Positions 1 through 10,454 are shown, counted from the first letter of the stretch. The stretch is DNA of 64,000 nucleotides from an uncultured Chloroflexia bacterium (GCA_963700285.1 CAVOXA010000010.1:1600001-1664000), one strand, 5' to 3'. Notes: a model not told the origin generated them from the sequence alone. Translations and numbers: made by a program.

Positions 1-641
1 CAGCGCGCATGGCCTGTGAGGAAGGAATACCGGTCTTGGGCGTGAACATGGGACGCCTGGGCTTCCTCACCGAACTGGAGCCAGATGCGTGGTTCTCGGC
101 CCTGCCCCGGCTGTTGGACGGCAGCTACTGGCTGGAAGAGCGAATGATGCTGTACGCCAAATACCACCGGGGCGACGAATCCCAGGGTTACGAGGCCCTC
201 AACGACGTGGTTATCAGCCGTGGAAGCCTGGCCCGCATCGTGCGCCTGGAAACCCACATCGACGGCAGCTCACTGACCACCTATGCCGCCGACGGGCTGA
301 TTGTGGCCACCCCCACGGGCTCCACAGCCTACGCTTTTGCGGTAGGCGGCCCTGTGCTGCCGCCCCAACTCAAGAATATCCTGTTGATCCCCATCGCCCC
401 CCACTTGAGCATGGACCGGGCCATCGTCCTCTCCCAGGGAGCCGTGGTCAAGATCCTGGTCCACACCGACCACCAGGCCATTCTGACCGTGGACGGCCAG
501 TTCGAGTACGAGCTGCAGGATGGCGACCAGGTAACCATCCAGGCCAGCCACCACACCAGCCGGTTCGTGCGCTTGCAGGACGAGACCTACTTTTACCGCA
601 CGTTCATGGAGCGCCTGCGCTGGCCGCTGCCCGGGCAATAA
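1..641 (+). CDS. nadK: NAD(+) kinase, 5'-truncated by window edge
   Basis: GVNMGRLGFL, ALNDVV, DGLIVATPTGSTAY and VDGQ motifs typical of NAD kinases. Confidence 0.93.
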   Translation, partial: ARMACEEGIPVLGVNMGRLGFLTELEPDAWFSALPRLLDGSYWLEERMMLYAKYHRGDESQGYEALNDVVISRGSLARIVRLETHIDGSSLTTYAADGLIVATPTGSTAYAFAVGGPVLPPQLKNILLIPIAPHLSMDRAIVLSQGAVVKILVHTDHQAILTVDGQFEYELQDGDQVTIQASHHTSRFVRLQDETYFYRTFMERLRWPLPGQ

Positions 642-1985
642 CTACGGCGTGCGCCCCAGGATATCTAGGACAACCATCGCCAGGAGTTCGACTGCCACGC
701 TCAGTGCCCTTTCGTCAATGTCAAACTCGGGGGTGTGGGCACCCAGAACGGCTTCCCGGCCCTCCTGCGCCTCATCATTGCTGATCCCGTACAGATCCGC
801 TCCCAGGCCGATACTGGTTGCCAGGCCGCCCCTTTCCTGCACGCGCTGCATCATGTAGGCCAGATCCTCACTCCCGCCACTCTCAAAGGGTGCCAGAACC
901 TTGAACCCCCCAATCTCGCCGGCAACTCGCGCCACCCTATCGGCCAGCTCAGCATCGCTTTCGGCGCTGGGCGCGCTGCCCATGGCCCGGATCTCCAGAT
1001 CACAGCCATACATCGCCGCCGCAGCCTCTAGAACGACGACAGCGCGTTCAAACATGTACTGGCTCAAATCGCTGTTCGCCCCTCGGGTCTCAGCCACCAG
1101 GTACGCACTGGGAGCGACCACATTCCGGCTGACCCCCGCCTGCATTTTTCCGACATTCACCCGGGTAGCCCCATCGCCATGTCTGGCGATGGCATACAGG
1201 TTCAACACCGCCGCGGCCGCAGCCAACAATGCGTTTTTCCCATCCTGCGGATTGCCGCCCGCGTGGGCTGGCGCCCCGGTGAACAGGACATCGAACTTTT
1301 CCGTGGCCGCAAACCCGCCCATGCCGGGGTGGATCTCGCCCAACGCCCAACCGGTAAAGACATGAAGCCCCACCAAATAGTCGACGTCGTCCAGGACACC
1401 GGCGCCAACCATACTTTTGGCGCCCCGTACCCCCTCCTCCGCCGGCTGAAAGATCAGCTTCACCCTGCCCCGGATGCCATCCTTCAGCCTCATCAACACC
1501 TGGGCCAGCCCCAGGCCCAGGGAGGTGTGGGCATCGTGGCCGCAGGTATGGGCGGCGTTCTCGTTCACAGAGACAAAACCCTCTTGCACGGGCCGGTGCG
1601 CCTGTGAGCGGCTTTCGGTCATGGCCAAAGAGTCCATGTCACAGCGGATGCCGATGGTTGGCCCATCGCCGTTCTCTAGAATGCCCACGACGCCGGTGAA
1701 CCCACCCCGCACCAGATCCAGGTATTCCCGGTCACCACCCTGTTCTACGGCGCGCTGCCAGCTCGCCTCCAGTGCCTCGGCGGACGGCAAGCCCATGCGG
1801 TCCTCATCCCGTATCACCTGGCGGCCGGCCAGCACCTCGTAGCCCAAGTCGCTCAGCCTCCTGGCCACCAGCGATGCCGTCCTGTACTCCTCCCAGCCCG
1901 CCTCGGCATGGCGGTGGAAATCCCGCCGATCTCTGATCAACTGCGCCTCAATCTCGTCGACGATTGTCTTCACATTCTCTTTCAT
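642..1985 (-). CDS. M20 family amidohydrolase (AbgA-like)
   Basis: RRDFHRHAE, RCDMDSL, HTCGHDAH, FQPAEEG, GSED, AHTPEFDIDE motifs. Confidence 0.88.
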   Translation of the reverse strand: MKENVKTIVDEIEAQLIRDRRDFHRHAEAGWEEYRTASLVARRLSDLGYEVLAGRQVIRDEDRMGLPSAEALEASWQRAVEQGGDREYLDLVRGGFTGVVGILENGDGPTIGIRCDMDSLAMTESRSQAHRPVQEGFVSVNENAAHTCGHDAHTSLGLGLAQVLMRLKDGIRGRVKLIFQPAEEGVRGAKSMVGAGVLDDVDYLVGLHVFTGWALGEIHPGMGGFAATEKFDVLFTGAPAHAGGNPQDGKNALLAAAAAVLNLYAIARHGDGATRVNVGKMQAGVSRNVVAPSAYLVAETRGANSDLSQYMFERAVVVLEAAAAMYGCDLEIRAMGSAPSAESDAELADRVARVAGEIGGFKVLAPFESGGSEDLAYMMQRVQERGGLATSIGLGADLYGISNDEAQEGREAVLGAHTPEFDIDERALSVAVELLAMVVLDILGRTP

Positions 1986-2090
1986 GGCCAGCGACTCCGC
2001 GTTTGCTTTGCAGCAAGGATGCCGACACTATAGGCCAGAAGCCGTCGCCGGTCAAATCAATCATGCACGATTGGCATTGGTCAAAGAAAG

Positions 2091-2116
2091 AGCCATGCCT
2101 GGCAACAGGCATGGCT
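2091..2116. terminator. Hairpin, probable intrinsic terminator
   Basis: agccatgcctg-gcaa-caggcatggct perfect 11-bp stem with T-rich flanks. Confidence 0.6.
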
Positions 2117-2196
2117 TTCTCGTTCGGCGATGGCGTTGCCCGGGGAAGCCGTCTGCCAGAGGCTGGCGCCTCGACGGACAGCGCCTGTAGGCAGCG

Positions 2197-2607
2197 TTAA
2201 GGTCTTGCAGCTCTGAGGGTCAGTGGCAAAAAGATGCGATACCCCTTCCACTCGTAGGCGCCCATATCCGGTTGGCTGTCCCGGGGCGTGCCCTCGATGT
2301 CATCCACTGGCGCGCCGGCTGGCGTGCCCGTGTCAATGCAAGGCGAGCCGGTCCGCACGCGGTAGCTGTCATTGGCCGGGTCTATGAAGCGCGGGTCCGC
2401 GTCAATGTTGCCCTGTCCTGCATCGCACCAAGAACACTCCCCTTCGATGTCGGAATAACTCACCTTGACGCAATCCGTGCAGGGGGGATCAGCCTGGACG
2501 TTCAGGGCATTGTTCCACATGATGCTGTTGGTTACTCCCAGGTCTGTCGACCAGATCAGGATCGCCTGGTGTCCCTGGGGGTTGTTGTCAGCTATTGTGC
2601 TGTTCAT
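2197..2607 (-). pseudogene. C-terminal fragment of a beta-helix/choice-of-anchor Q type secreted protein ending in IFLPL motif
   Basis: NSTIADN, VSYSDIEG, GNIDADPRF, SPCIDTG, DMGAYE, YRIFLPL; no signal peptide or N-terminal part. Confidence 0.65.
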
Positions 2608-2783
2608 GATCTGGACCTTGCTTCGAAAGGCTCCCAGAACGCTGCCCGGACCATGCTCACGAGCGGCTTCTGATCACTCATTGTCTCTCCTCTGGTTGAA
2701 GTGTCATGGCTGCCCTCGTCCGCAGTCGCATGGGAATCTCTGCCTGCCTATCAAATGGTAGAAAGCGCATGTCACAGAATTCG

Positions 2784-4193
2784 TCACGGCTCCAGGGCCA
2801 GTACCCTATTGGGCTCCAGAAAGAAGGGGGGCACGACAGCCGGGATATTGGACAGCGGCAGCACCTCCTCCGGCAGGTCTATGCCCAGGACGTCTATCAT
2901 GAACTCCCGGCGGCGCTGGCAGCGGGCAAAACATTCCGGGTACTCGGCCTGGAGTCGGGCGCGCAGGCTGCCATCTGCCAGCACCACCCCGTCCTCCATC
3001 CGCGTGGAAAAGTAGACGGCTGAGGAGGGGATGATGTCCACCTGGATGGCCATGCCCGAACGCAGCGGCAGGTCGGACCCCAGGTAGATGGGCGAACTCA
3101 GCCATTCGTCCAGATGGATGAGATGCCCCGCGTTCAGCGTGATTCCAAAGTGGTCAAAGGGTAGGGATTCATCCACCAGGCGGGCCAAAGCATCCCCCGG
3201 CATGCCGAGGCGCAACTGGCTGTACCACTGGCATATGACTTCAAAGTAGGGACCCGCGAAACTTTCGACATAATCTCGCGCTTCCAGCGGCAGGTCGCCA
3301 GCCGACGCGGCCACCCAGCCGGCCCGGCAACTGTTGCTGCCCCAGTAGCTGAGGTTGGTCGCAAAGGGTTCACCCCGCCGGATGGTCGCCCCCCTGGGAC
3401 TCGCCAGGCCCAGATGGTGGGTGTCACCTGTACCCATGGCCAGGTGACATGCCAGCGGCTCCCCGTTGTATTCGACCAGCTTGGCCAGTTCGTGGTCGGC
3501 CATGCCCTCCCGCAGGCCAAAGAGCATGCGCTTCATCCCTTCCGAAGCCAGGATGCTGGTATACTCAAAGTAGGCGATTTCAGCCGGGCTGCAGGTGGTC
3601 CGCAGTCCGTGTCCAGGGTGCATCAGGATGCCGGTGGCATTGACCACGTTCTGCCAACCGGCCAGTTCGCGCAGCGTATCTACCAGGTAGGCGGGTAGTT
3701 CGAGCGCGTGGGCCGCGCCGGGATGCTCAGGCTCGGAGAGGTACTTCCAGCCGGCGCAGCCGACCCGAGAGCCTCCGCCAATGCCTTCACCGGCAAAGAT
3801 CTCCTGGATCAACCGGCTGTCTCCACGCGGCTGGTTCAGCAGTGAGAAGGGCTGGTAGCGCTCGCCGCGCAGCTTGCCCGCGACGTACAGCGGGCTGACT
3901 GCCAGATAGGCCTCACACTCATTGCCCACCACCAGCAGCGGATCGCCGTGGCGAGCCAGGACCAGCAGGGCCTCCTCGAAACGGGGGTCAAAGCCGGTGA
4001 GGTAGGCCAGGTTGGCGAAATGCTCCCGGTCGCCATAGACGACCAGGTGCGTCAAGCCGAGTTCCTCCATCGCCGCCCGGGCAGCATCGATGCGGGCCTC
4101 AAACTCTGTGACCCCAGGACCCGGTGGCCGGTCACACAGACCGAATTCGGGCCACTCGATCTCGATGAGCTTGGCTCCCCTTGAAACTGCCAT
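2784..4193 (-). CDS. Xaa-Pro aminopeptidase-like (M24/creatinase fold) protein
   Basis: Creatinase-like N-terminus (YGDREHFANLAYLTGFDPRFEEA), GHLIHLDEW and RMEDGV motifs; start chosen at ATG 4193 after a GGAGG SD. Confidence 0.75.
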   Translation of the reverse strand: MAVSRGAKLIEIEWPEFGLCDRPPGPGVTEFEARIDAARAAMEELGLTHLVVYGDREHFANLAYLTGFDPRFEEALLVLARHGDPLLVVGNECEAYLAVSPLYVAGKLRGERYQPFSLLNQPRGDSRLIQEIFAGEGIGGGSRVGCAGWKYLSEPEHPGAAHALELPAYLVDTLRELAGWQNVVNATGILMHPGHGLRTTCSPAEIAYFEYTSILASEGMKRMLFGLREGMADHELAKLVEYNGEPLACHLAMGTGDTHHLGLASPRGATIRRGEPFATNLSYWGSNSCRAGWVAASAGDLPLEARDYVESFAGPYFEVICQWYSQLRLGMPGDALARLVDESLPFDHFGITLNAGHLIHLDEWLSSPIYLGSDLPLRSGMAIQVDIIPSSAVYFSTRMEDGVVLADGSLRARLQAEYPECFARCQRRREFMIDVLGIDLPEEVLPLSNIPAVVPPFFLEPNRVLALEP

Positions 4194-4280
4194 ATCATTC
4201 CCTCCTGCGTTGCCAGCCCCGTAGGGCATTGCAATCTAGGAAAACTAAATCTCTGCACTTTGGCAGACGCAAACAGCGAC

Positions 4281-5051
4281 TCAGGTAATAAGTGCCTGTG
4301 GCTCAGAGATCTGGGACAGTGCTTCTGCCGCCCCTTGTATGAGGAACAGCATGTCGGTGCCGACCGCGATGAGCGTAAAGCCCTGTTCAATGAAGGGCTG
4401 GACGGCAGCGGCATCCACCCCAAAGACTCCGAGCCTCACTCCCGCGGCCAGGCAGGCGTCTCTGATGTGCGCGATGGCTTCCTGGACCTCTGGATCAGTA
4501 ACCTGGCCCATCTTGCCCAGGCTGGCCGACAGATCGTAGGGTCCGATCAAGACCGCATCGATCCCAGGAACGCTGACGATGGCAGCGACATCCTCCAGGG
4601 CGTCGGCATGTTCGATCTGGATGACAACGGATACCGCCTCGTTGGCGCTGTCGACATACTCTTGAAACTGCAGGCCGTAGCCATGGGCGCGGCCGATGCC
4701 CACCCCCCGGGTTCCCTCGGGTGGGTACTTGCACAGGCGAACAACACGCTCAGCCTGCTCAACCGAGTTGACCTGGGGCACAATGATACCCGCCGCGCCG
4801 ATGTCCAGCGCCTTCTTGATCCACACCTCCTGGCCCGCAGGGACCCGGACCAGGCAGGGGCAGCGGGAACCGGCTGCCTGCAGCAGCGCCTGCGCGCTGT
4901 GGCTACCGAACGATCCATGCTCCGTATCGATAAAAAGCCAATCGAACAGCAGGTCTGCCAGCACCTCGGCGATCTCGGGCGCCGGCAGGGTGGCCAGTGT
5001 TCCCACCAGTAGCTCCCCGTCCCTCAGTTTTTGCCTGAACATGTGAGTCAT
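4281..5051 (-). CDS. HpcH/HpaI aldolase family (2-dehydro-3-deoxyglucarate aldolase-like)
   Basis: DWLFIDTEHG, ALDIGAAGIIVP, YPPEGTRG, QIE, IGPYDLSASLG. Confidence 0.9.
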   Translation of the reverse strand: MTHMFRQKLRDGELLVGTLATLPAPEIAEVLADLLFDWLFIDTEHGSFGSHSAQALLQAAGSRCPCLVRVPAGQEVWIKKALDIGAAGIIVPQVNSVEQAERVVRLCKYPPEGTRGVGIGRAHGYGLQFQEYVDSANEAVSVVIQIEHADALEDVAAIVSVPGIDAVLIGPYDLSASLGKMGQVTDPEVQEAIAHIRDACLAAGVRLGVFGVDAAAVQPFIEQGFTLIAVGTDMLFLIQGAAEALSQISEPQALIT

Positions 5052-5086
5052 CGATTCTTCTCCTGTATCAGCATCATGACCTCCCC

Positions 5087-5488
5087 TTACTTCCCGACCC
5101 GCTCAGCAGGCCGGAAGCGCAAGGCTGACCATACCTCGTCAACCGATACCTGGGTCACCGGCCTGAGACTTGGACCGGCCGTCGCCAGGTCCCAAAACAC
5201 ATCCCGCGACAGATCGGTCTCAACTTTCGAGCTTTTCTTGGGGTAGGAGATCCAGAATAGGCCGTCATACTCAGCAGATTCCACAGCCGCCGGCAACAGC
5301 TCATCCAGTTGCCTGCTGTCCCGCGCAAAGAGGTGGACAAAGTCGAACTTGCCCTCGACTACCTCCAAGACCACGACGCCCTCCGGCAGCTCGCCCAGGG
5401 ACGCGATGTAGCCTTCAGGCGCGTTCAGTATGAGCACCCGTTGCCCGGGCTGCATCCTGAGCTTTTTGACCAGATTGGAGTCAGTCAT
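5087..5488 (-). CDS. Conserved hypothetical protein (DUF3052-like)
   Basis: WISYPKKSSKVETDLSRD ... VDEVWSALRFR motif; GGAGG SD. Confidence 0.7.
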   Translation of the reverse strand: MTDSNLVKKLRMQPGQRVLILNAPEGYIASLGELPEGVVVLEVVEGKFDFVHLFARDSRQLDELLPAAVESAEYDGLFWISYPKKSSKVETDLSRDVFWDLATAGPSLRPVTQVSVDEVWSALRFRPAERVGK

Positions 5489-5545
5489 TTTCCCTCCGTA
5501 AGAGATACCAAACCTCCAGGAGCGACTGGCTAGCTCGGCCGTACG

Positions 5546-6541
5546 CTACCCACCACCGGCGCCATATACCTCCGGGTTCACACAATTTGGCAGGCGCTCG
5601 CCCCGCAGGCCGGCCAACAGGTTCTCGGCGGCCATGACGGCCATGCGATCGCGCGTGATCACAGTGGCGCTGCCAATGTGGGGCACGACCAGGCAGTTGG
5701 ATAGAGAAAGCAGCTTGTGGTCGCCTGGCAGTGGCTCTGGGTCGGTAACGTCCAGGGCGGCGCCAGCGATCTGCTTCGCGACCAGGGCATCGTACAGCGC
5801 GTCCGTGTCCACCACCGGTCCGCGAGCAGAATTGACCAGAATGGCCGTCGGCTTCATCTGAGCCAGCGCCCTGGCATCGATCAGGTGGCGCGTTTCCTCA
5901 TTCAGAGGTACATGCAGGCTGACAAAATCCGCCTCGGCCAGCAGCTTTTCCAGGCTACAACGCAGCCCAACGCCGGCAAAGGGCGCTTTCTCAGGATCGC
6001 AATAGGGGTCAAAGTACACGACCCGCATGTCAAAGCCGGTCGCTCGGCGCGCGACTGTCTGCCCGATGCGGCCCATACCGATGATGCCCAGCGTCGCACC
6101 GTGCACGTCGTGGCCCAGTGGCATGGCCTTTCTCCACGCGCCCCACTCGCCAGCTTTGACATATTCGGCACCCTCCCCAATGCGCCGCGCCGCAGCCATG
6201 AGCAGGGCAAAAGCCAGGTCGGCTGTGGTATCGGTCAGCACCCCTGGCGTGTTGCCCACCGGGATTCCCCGGGCCGTGACGGCTGCCACGTCGATGTTGT
6301 CATAGCCAACGGCAAAGTTGCTGACGACCTTTAGCCCTGGCCCGGCGGCGTCCATTAGTACCACGTCCACAACATTGGTAAACATACTCAGCAGCCCAGA
6401 CACGCCACGGATCCTCTCCAGTAGCACATCTCGTGGCATGGGCTCTCTTTGGGTCCAGATATCCGCTTCGCAGCCATCCCGTACCAGATCCAACCCAGCC
6501 TTGGGAATGCTCCCGCCAACGAGTACTCTGGGTTTGTCCAT
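5546..6541 (-). CDS. D-glycerate dehydrogenase / glyoxylate-hydroxypyruvate reductase
   Basis: [44 protein letters not shown]; start at ATG 6541 with AGGAGG SD. Confidence 0.92.
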   Translation of the reverse strand: MDKPRVLVGGSIPKAGLDLVRDGCEADIWTQREPMPRDVLLERIRGVSGLLSMFTNVVDVVLMDAAGPGLKVVSNFAVGYDNIDVAAVTARGIPVGNTPGVLTDTTADLAFALLMAAARRIGEGAEYVKAGEWGAWRKAMPLGHDVHGATLGIIGMGRIGQTVARRATGFDMRVVYFDPYCDPEKAPFAGVGLRCSLEKLLAEADFVSLHVPLNEETRHLIDARALAQMKPTAILVNSARGPVVDTDALYDALVAKQIAGAALDVTDPEPLPGDHKLLSLSNCLVVPHIGSATVITRDRMAVMAAENLLAGLRGERLPNCVNPEVYGAGGG

Positions 6542-6588
6542 CGTGCTCCTCCTAGCCCTGGAAAGTGGGTTACTCCAGGGCATGCATG

Positions 6589-6966
6589 TTAGTCTTGTAC
6601 CCTTTCGACCTTGATCTCCGTCCCGCCGGGCACGGCATCAAAGGCCAGGGGATCCCCCTTTAGCCGGCCAAAGACATTCACCGGGCTATAAGCCCGGGGC
6701 TCGTCTCCATGGCTGACTGGCGTCGGCCCCCAAAAGATGCAGAAGGCATGGCCCACCGGCCAGTAGCCCAACTCCCCGGGCTCCACAACCTCGCGGGCAT
6801 CGTCCGCCTGCGCCACATGGACCGGGATCTCAAAATAGATCTCGTCCCCCCAGCGGTTGCCCCGCGCCGTTACAGGCAGGGCTTCCCAAATGGCTTTCCC
6901 AGTAGCATTGTCCCCCAGCGTGGCCGTGGCCGTAACGCCCCCGGCGCTGATCTTGATCTTGCGCAT
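6589..6966 (-). CDS. Cyclophilin-like fold protein (DUF369/TM1367-like)
   Basis: [24 protein letters not shown] motifs; start at ATG 6966 with GGAGG SD. Confidence 0.8.
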   Translation of the reverse strand: MRKIKISAGGVTATATLGDNATGKAIWEALPVTARGNRWGDEIYFEIPVHVAQADDAREVVEPGELGYWPVGHAFCIFWGPTPVSHGDEPRAYSPVNVFGRLKGDPLAFDAVPGGTEIKVERVQD

Positions 6967-7296
6967 GGCTATCCTCCCCAGACTATGAGTCTCCTCCACC
7001 AGAGACCCGGATAATGTCTTTCCAGGCAATGGTCGACATAAAAAAACCGTCTCGCAAGTGAAAATGGGTTCCTTCCCGTTTCAGTCGATTTTACCCGCAT
7101 ATGCTTTCTATCTGGCATTCACGATGTATTTTTATGTTTAACGGTAAATTCTGGGTTTCCCTGAGCCAAAACAACTCTCTGTTTTCAGTTTTTCTGGACT
7201 GAAATAAGCTAAAATGAACGGTTTTCTGTTTGGTTCTCTGGCCCTTTTTGTCCCTGGCGCCGCGACTCTCTTGAACACCACTCAACCACACTAGAT

Positions 7297-8649
7297 TTAT
7301 GTCACATAGAGCATCAGCAAGTCGTTGACATTGGTGCCAGTCGGTCCAGTGCAGATCAGGTCGCCTAGAAAATCAAAAAAGACATAAGAATTATTGTGAT
7401 CTAGATAGATCTCGGGCTCAAGGCCCAGAGATCGGGCACGGGCAACAGTCCCCCCGGTGGCCACAGCGCCAGCCGCGTCGGTGGGACCGTCGGTACCGTC
7501 GGTACCCAGGGCTACAAGGACAACACCGGGCAATCCCTCCATGGCCAGCGCCGCCGCCAGAGCCAACTCCTGGTTGCGCCCGCCCTTGCCCTCGCCGCGT
7601 ACCCTGACAATGGTTTCACCACCCCAAACCAGGCAGGCCGGCCGGGGCACGGGCCGATTGTAGCTGTGCAGCTCTTTGGCCAGCGCCGCCGCCACGTGGG
7701 CCACCTCACGGGCCTCTCCTTCGACAAAGGTCGAGAGGAGCAGGGCATTCAGCCCCCGGGCGCGGGCCGCATCAACGGCAGCCTGGGCGGCTTGGCGATT
7801 GCTGCCGACGACCACATTGTACACCTGCTCAAACAGCGGGTCTCCTGGCTTGGGGGTGTCAGCCAGACGGCCATCAAGCCCAGCCTCAAGCCGCGCTCGG
7901 ACCGCCAGAGGCAGGCGCTCCACCAGGTCGTAGCGTTCCACCACAGACCACGCGTCGCCAAAGGTACTGGTATCGGGTGACAGAGGGCCAGAAGCAATCA
8001 CGTCCAGAGGATCGCCAACCACATCCGACAGAACCAGACTGGCCACCGGCGCGGGTGCAGCCAGACGAGCCAGGCCCCCACCCTTGATCGCGGAGAGGTG
8101 CTTGCGCACCATGTTCAACTCGACGATGGTCGCCCCGCAGCGCAGAAGCAGCTCCGTCGTATTCTGGAGGTCGTCCAGAGTAAGACCCTCTGCCGGCAGC
8201 GTCATCAGTGCCGACCCTCCCCCCGAGACCACGGCCAGCACCAGGTCGTGCTCCGCCGTCCCTGCCAGCAGGTCCGCCATGCGGCGGGCGCCATCCACTC
8301 CCGCATCGTCGGGCAGGGGGTGGCCGGCTTCCGCCACTTCCACAGGCCCCGTGGCCAAACTTGGGTCGATGTGGTCATATTTTGTGATTGCCAGGCCGCC
8401 TGTCAGCCGCTCGCCCAGGATACCGTACAGGGCGGCAACCATTGCCGTGGCCGCCTTGCCACCGCCAACAACCCACACCCGCTCGATTGTCGCCAGGTCA
8501 TAGGCACGCCCCGCCACGGTCAGCAGGTTCCCCTGGCGCTGGACGTGGCGGCGTACCGCGGCGCCGGGCTCGACAGCATCCAGAGCTGCCTGCTGCACGG
8601 CCAGGATCGTTTCCCTCAGCGCTGATTCCTGGATCGAACGTGGCTCCAT
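7297..8649 (-). CDS. Glycerate 2-kinase (TtuD/MOFRL family)
   Basis: GGGKAA, SGGGSAL, RKHLSAIKGG, SDVVGD, GGET, GGRNQE, TDGTDG, TGTNVND. Confidence 0.93.
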   Translation of the reverse strand: MEPRSIQESALRETILAVQQAALDAVEPGAAVRRHVQRQGNLLTVAGRAYDLATIERVWVVGGGKAATAMVAALYGILGERLTGGLAITKYDHIDPSLATGPVEVAEAGHPLPDDAGVDGARRMADLLAGTAEHDLVLAVVSGGGSALMTLPAEGLTLDDLQNTTELLLRCGATIVELNMVRKHLSAIKGGGLARLAAPAPVASLVLSDVVGDPLDVIASGPLSPDTSTFGDAWSVVERYDLVERLPLAVRARLEAGLDGRLADTPKPGDPLFEQVYNVVVGSNRQAAQAAVDAARARGLNALLLSTFVEGEAREVAHVAAALAKELHSYNRPVPRPACLVWGGETIVRVRGEGKGGRNQELALAAALAMEGLPGVVLVALGTDGTDGPTDAAGAVATGGTVARARSLGLEPEIYLDHNNSYVFFDFLGDLICTGPTGTNVNDLLMLYVT

Positions 8650-8767
8650 CGATCGCCTCCTCAGAACCTATTGAACGATACCAAAACGCCTCGTTTAGGC
8701 TGTAAACGTTTTCACAAGAGCATCCAGGGTCGGCCGGCTCAATCTCGCACCCGAGACTAGCTCAGTG

Positions 8768-9898
8768 TCACACCGTGGGTACATCGTAGCCCTGGAGCTT
8801 GAGATACGCCTCCACACCGTCGAGAAAGAGTTCGCGGTACTCGGCGGAAGTGGCTTTGCCAATGTGGCCCACCCGGAAAATCTCGCCCTTTAGGCCCTGC
8901 AATCCGCCACCTATCATGATCTGCCACTCCTCGAGAAGGTAGCTTCGAAGGTCTTCGACGTCCATCCCGGGCAGACGGCGCACTGTGGTGATCAACGGTG
9001 AGGCATTGGCCTCAGGCATGAGCATCTCGAAACCCATCCTTTTCAACCCGCCACGGACGAATTGGGCCGCTTCGACGTGCCGGGCATAGTGGGCATCGAG
9101 GCCATGTTCTTCAATCAGCCGTAGGCTGGCCAGTAGGCCCAGAATGTTGTGCGTCGGCAGTGTGGTAGGATAGGGATGCCAGGGACCCCACTGGGTCTTG
9201 TAGTCCTTCCAGGTACGCAGGTTCAGGTACCAGCCGTGGGCCCCCTCGCGCTTGCGCTCCATCTGGTCCCAGGCGCGCTGGCTGACGGACACGGGTACCA
9301 GGCCGATGGGGCCCGCCAGGCACTTGTTGCCAACGGTGACACACACGTCGATGCCCCACTCATCCACCGGCAGCGGCATGCCGCCCAGGGTCGAGACCGC
9401 ATCCAGGATGAGGGGCACCCCAAACTCTCCAGCAACGGACACGATCTCCTCCAGGGGATTCAATACGCCGGTAGAGGTCTCCAGGTGAACGACGGCCACG
9501 GCCTGGATATCGGGTTCGGCAGCCAGTTCCTGCCGTATCGCCTCCGGATCCACCGGTTGCCCCAGCGGCGCCTCAACGGTCCGCACCTCCAGGCCGTGGC
9601 TCCGCCCGATGGTGGCCATCCTCTCGCCAAAAAAGCCGTTGTGGGCGACCAATACCTTGTCGCCCCGCCCGGCCAAGCTGCCGATGGCCGCCTCCAAACC
9701 CACCGTCCCGGGTCCGATGAGCAGGAGCATCTCGTTCTGGGTGCCAAAGACCCGCTGGAGTCGCTCCAGGGTCTCATCATAGATCTCCATCCAGGCCGGG
9801 CCATAGTGGGCGCGCACCGGCTCGGCCATGGCCGCCAGGACCTCATCCTCCACGCCTACTGGCCCGGGGATCATCAGTTTGATGTGCTGTGCTGTCAA
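8768..9898 (-). CDS. Class V aminotransferase (alanine/serine-glyoxylate or serine-pyruvate aminotransferase)
   Basis: LMIPGP, VHLETSTG, DAVS, GNKCL (PLP lysine), FRVGHIG; start TTG 9898 after AGGAGG. Confidence 0.88.
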   Translation of the reverse strand: MTAQHIKLMIPGPVGVEDEVLAAMAEPVRAHYGPAWMEIYDETLERLQRVFGTQNEMLLLIGPGTVGLEAAIGSLAGRGDKVLVAHNGFFGERMATIGRSHGLEVRTVEAPLGQPVDPEAIRQELAAEPDIQAVAVVHLETSTGVLNPLEEIVSVAGEFGVPLILDAVSTLGGMPLPVDEWGIDVCVTVGNKCLAGPIGLVPVSVSQRAWDQMERKREGAHGWYLNLRTWKDYKTQWGPWHPYPTTLPTHNILGLLASLRLIEEHGLDAHYARHVEAAQFVRGGLKRMGFEMLMPEANASPLITTVRRLPGMDVEDLRSYLLEEWQIMIGGGLQGLKGEIFRVGHIGKATSAEYRELFLDGVEAYLKLQGYDVPTV

Positions 9899-9971
9899 GA
9901 TCAGCCTCCTCGCTACATGCTGCATTCGTAATGGTAAAGGGATCACCCCACAGAGCAAACCCACCGCACAG

Positions 9972-10000
9972 ATTATACCACCCTCCCGCGCCAGAAGCAA
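9972..10000 (-). promoter_or_regulatory. sigma70-type promoter for the aminotransferase cluster
   Basis: TTGCTT-17 bp-TATAAT with TG extension on the minus strand. Confidence 0.6.
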
Positions 10001-10046
10001 CCCCTCCACGTTGGGGGCATTCGAAGCAGAACAGTGCGGGTCACGA

Positions 10047-10093
10047 GGCCTGGATATAGTAGTTCCATGCAAGCCATTCACTACATGTAGTAG
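10047..10093. promoter_or_regulatory. Tandem NrdR-box-like sites
   Basis: tcaCtAcATgTaGtag at 10078-10093 fits acaCwAyATrTwGtg; weaker ggcCtggATaTaGtag at 10047-10062; starts are 31 bp apart. Confidence 0.5.
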
Positions 10094-10129
10094 AGGTTGC
10101 CTTGGGGTTGATACAGACGTTCGGATCAT

Positions 10130-10285
10130 CGTGGAGCAGGTCGGGGTCATCGCATGAGAGAAAGCTGTTGTCCAGAGGTCCGAAGGCGATGCCACGCTGC
10201 TGCAACTGCCGCTTGGCATATTCATTACCGTTCAGGCACATCTTGACGCCGTAGGGAGCCATAGGTACACACTTCAGTGAAAGTG
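10130..10285 (-). mobile_element. Remnant of a transposase-like gene
   Basis: Fragment APYGVKMCLNGNEYAKRQLQQRGIAFGPLDNSFLSCDDP resembles a widespread, poorly characterised IS-like protein family (recalled, not searched). Confidence 0.55.
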
Positions 10286-10454
10286 ACCAACCCGTGGCCC
10301 TACCGCTCCCGCCACATATTGTCACAGACTTTGGGATTTTCTTGAGCGAAGGCTTCAGCCAATAACTCCCCCGACCAGCGTGCGTAGGCAATGCCCTCTC
10401 CGGTTAGCTGGAGTGATCTGCTCTCTCAACCCTATGCGGCCTCGGCGCAGCGCG

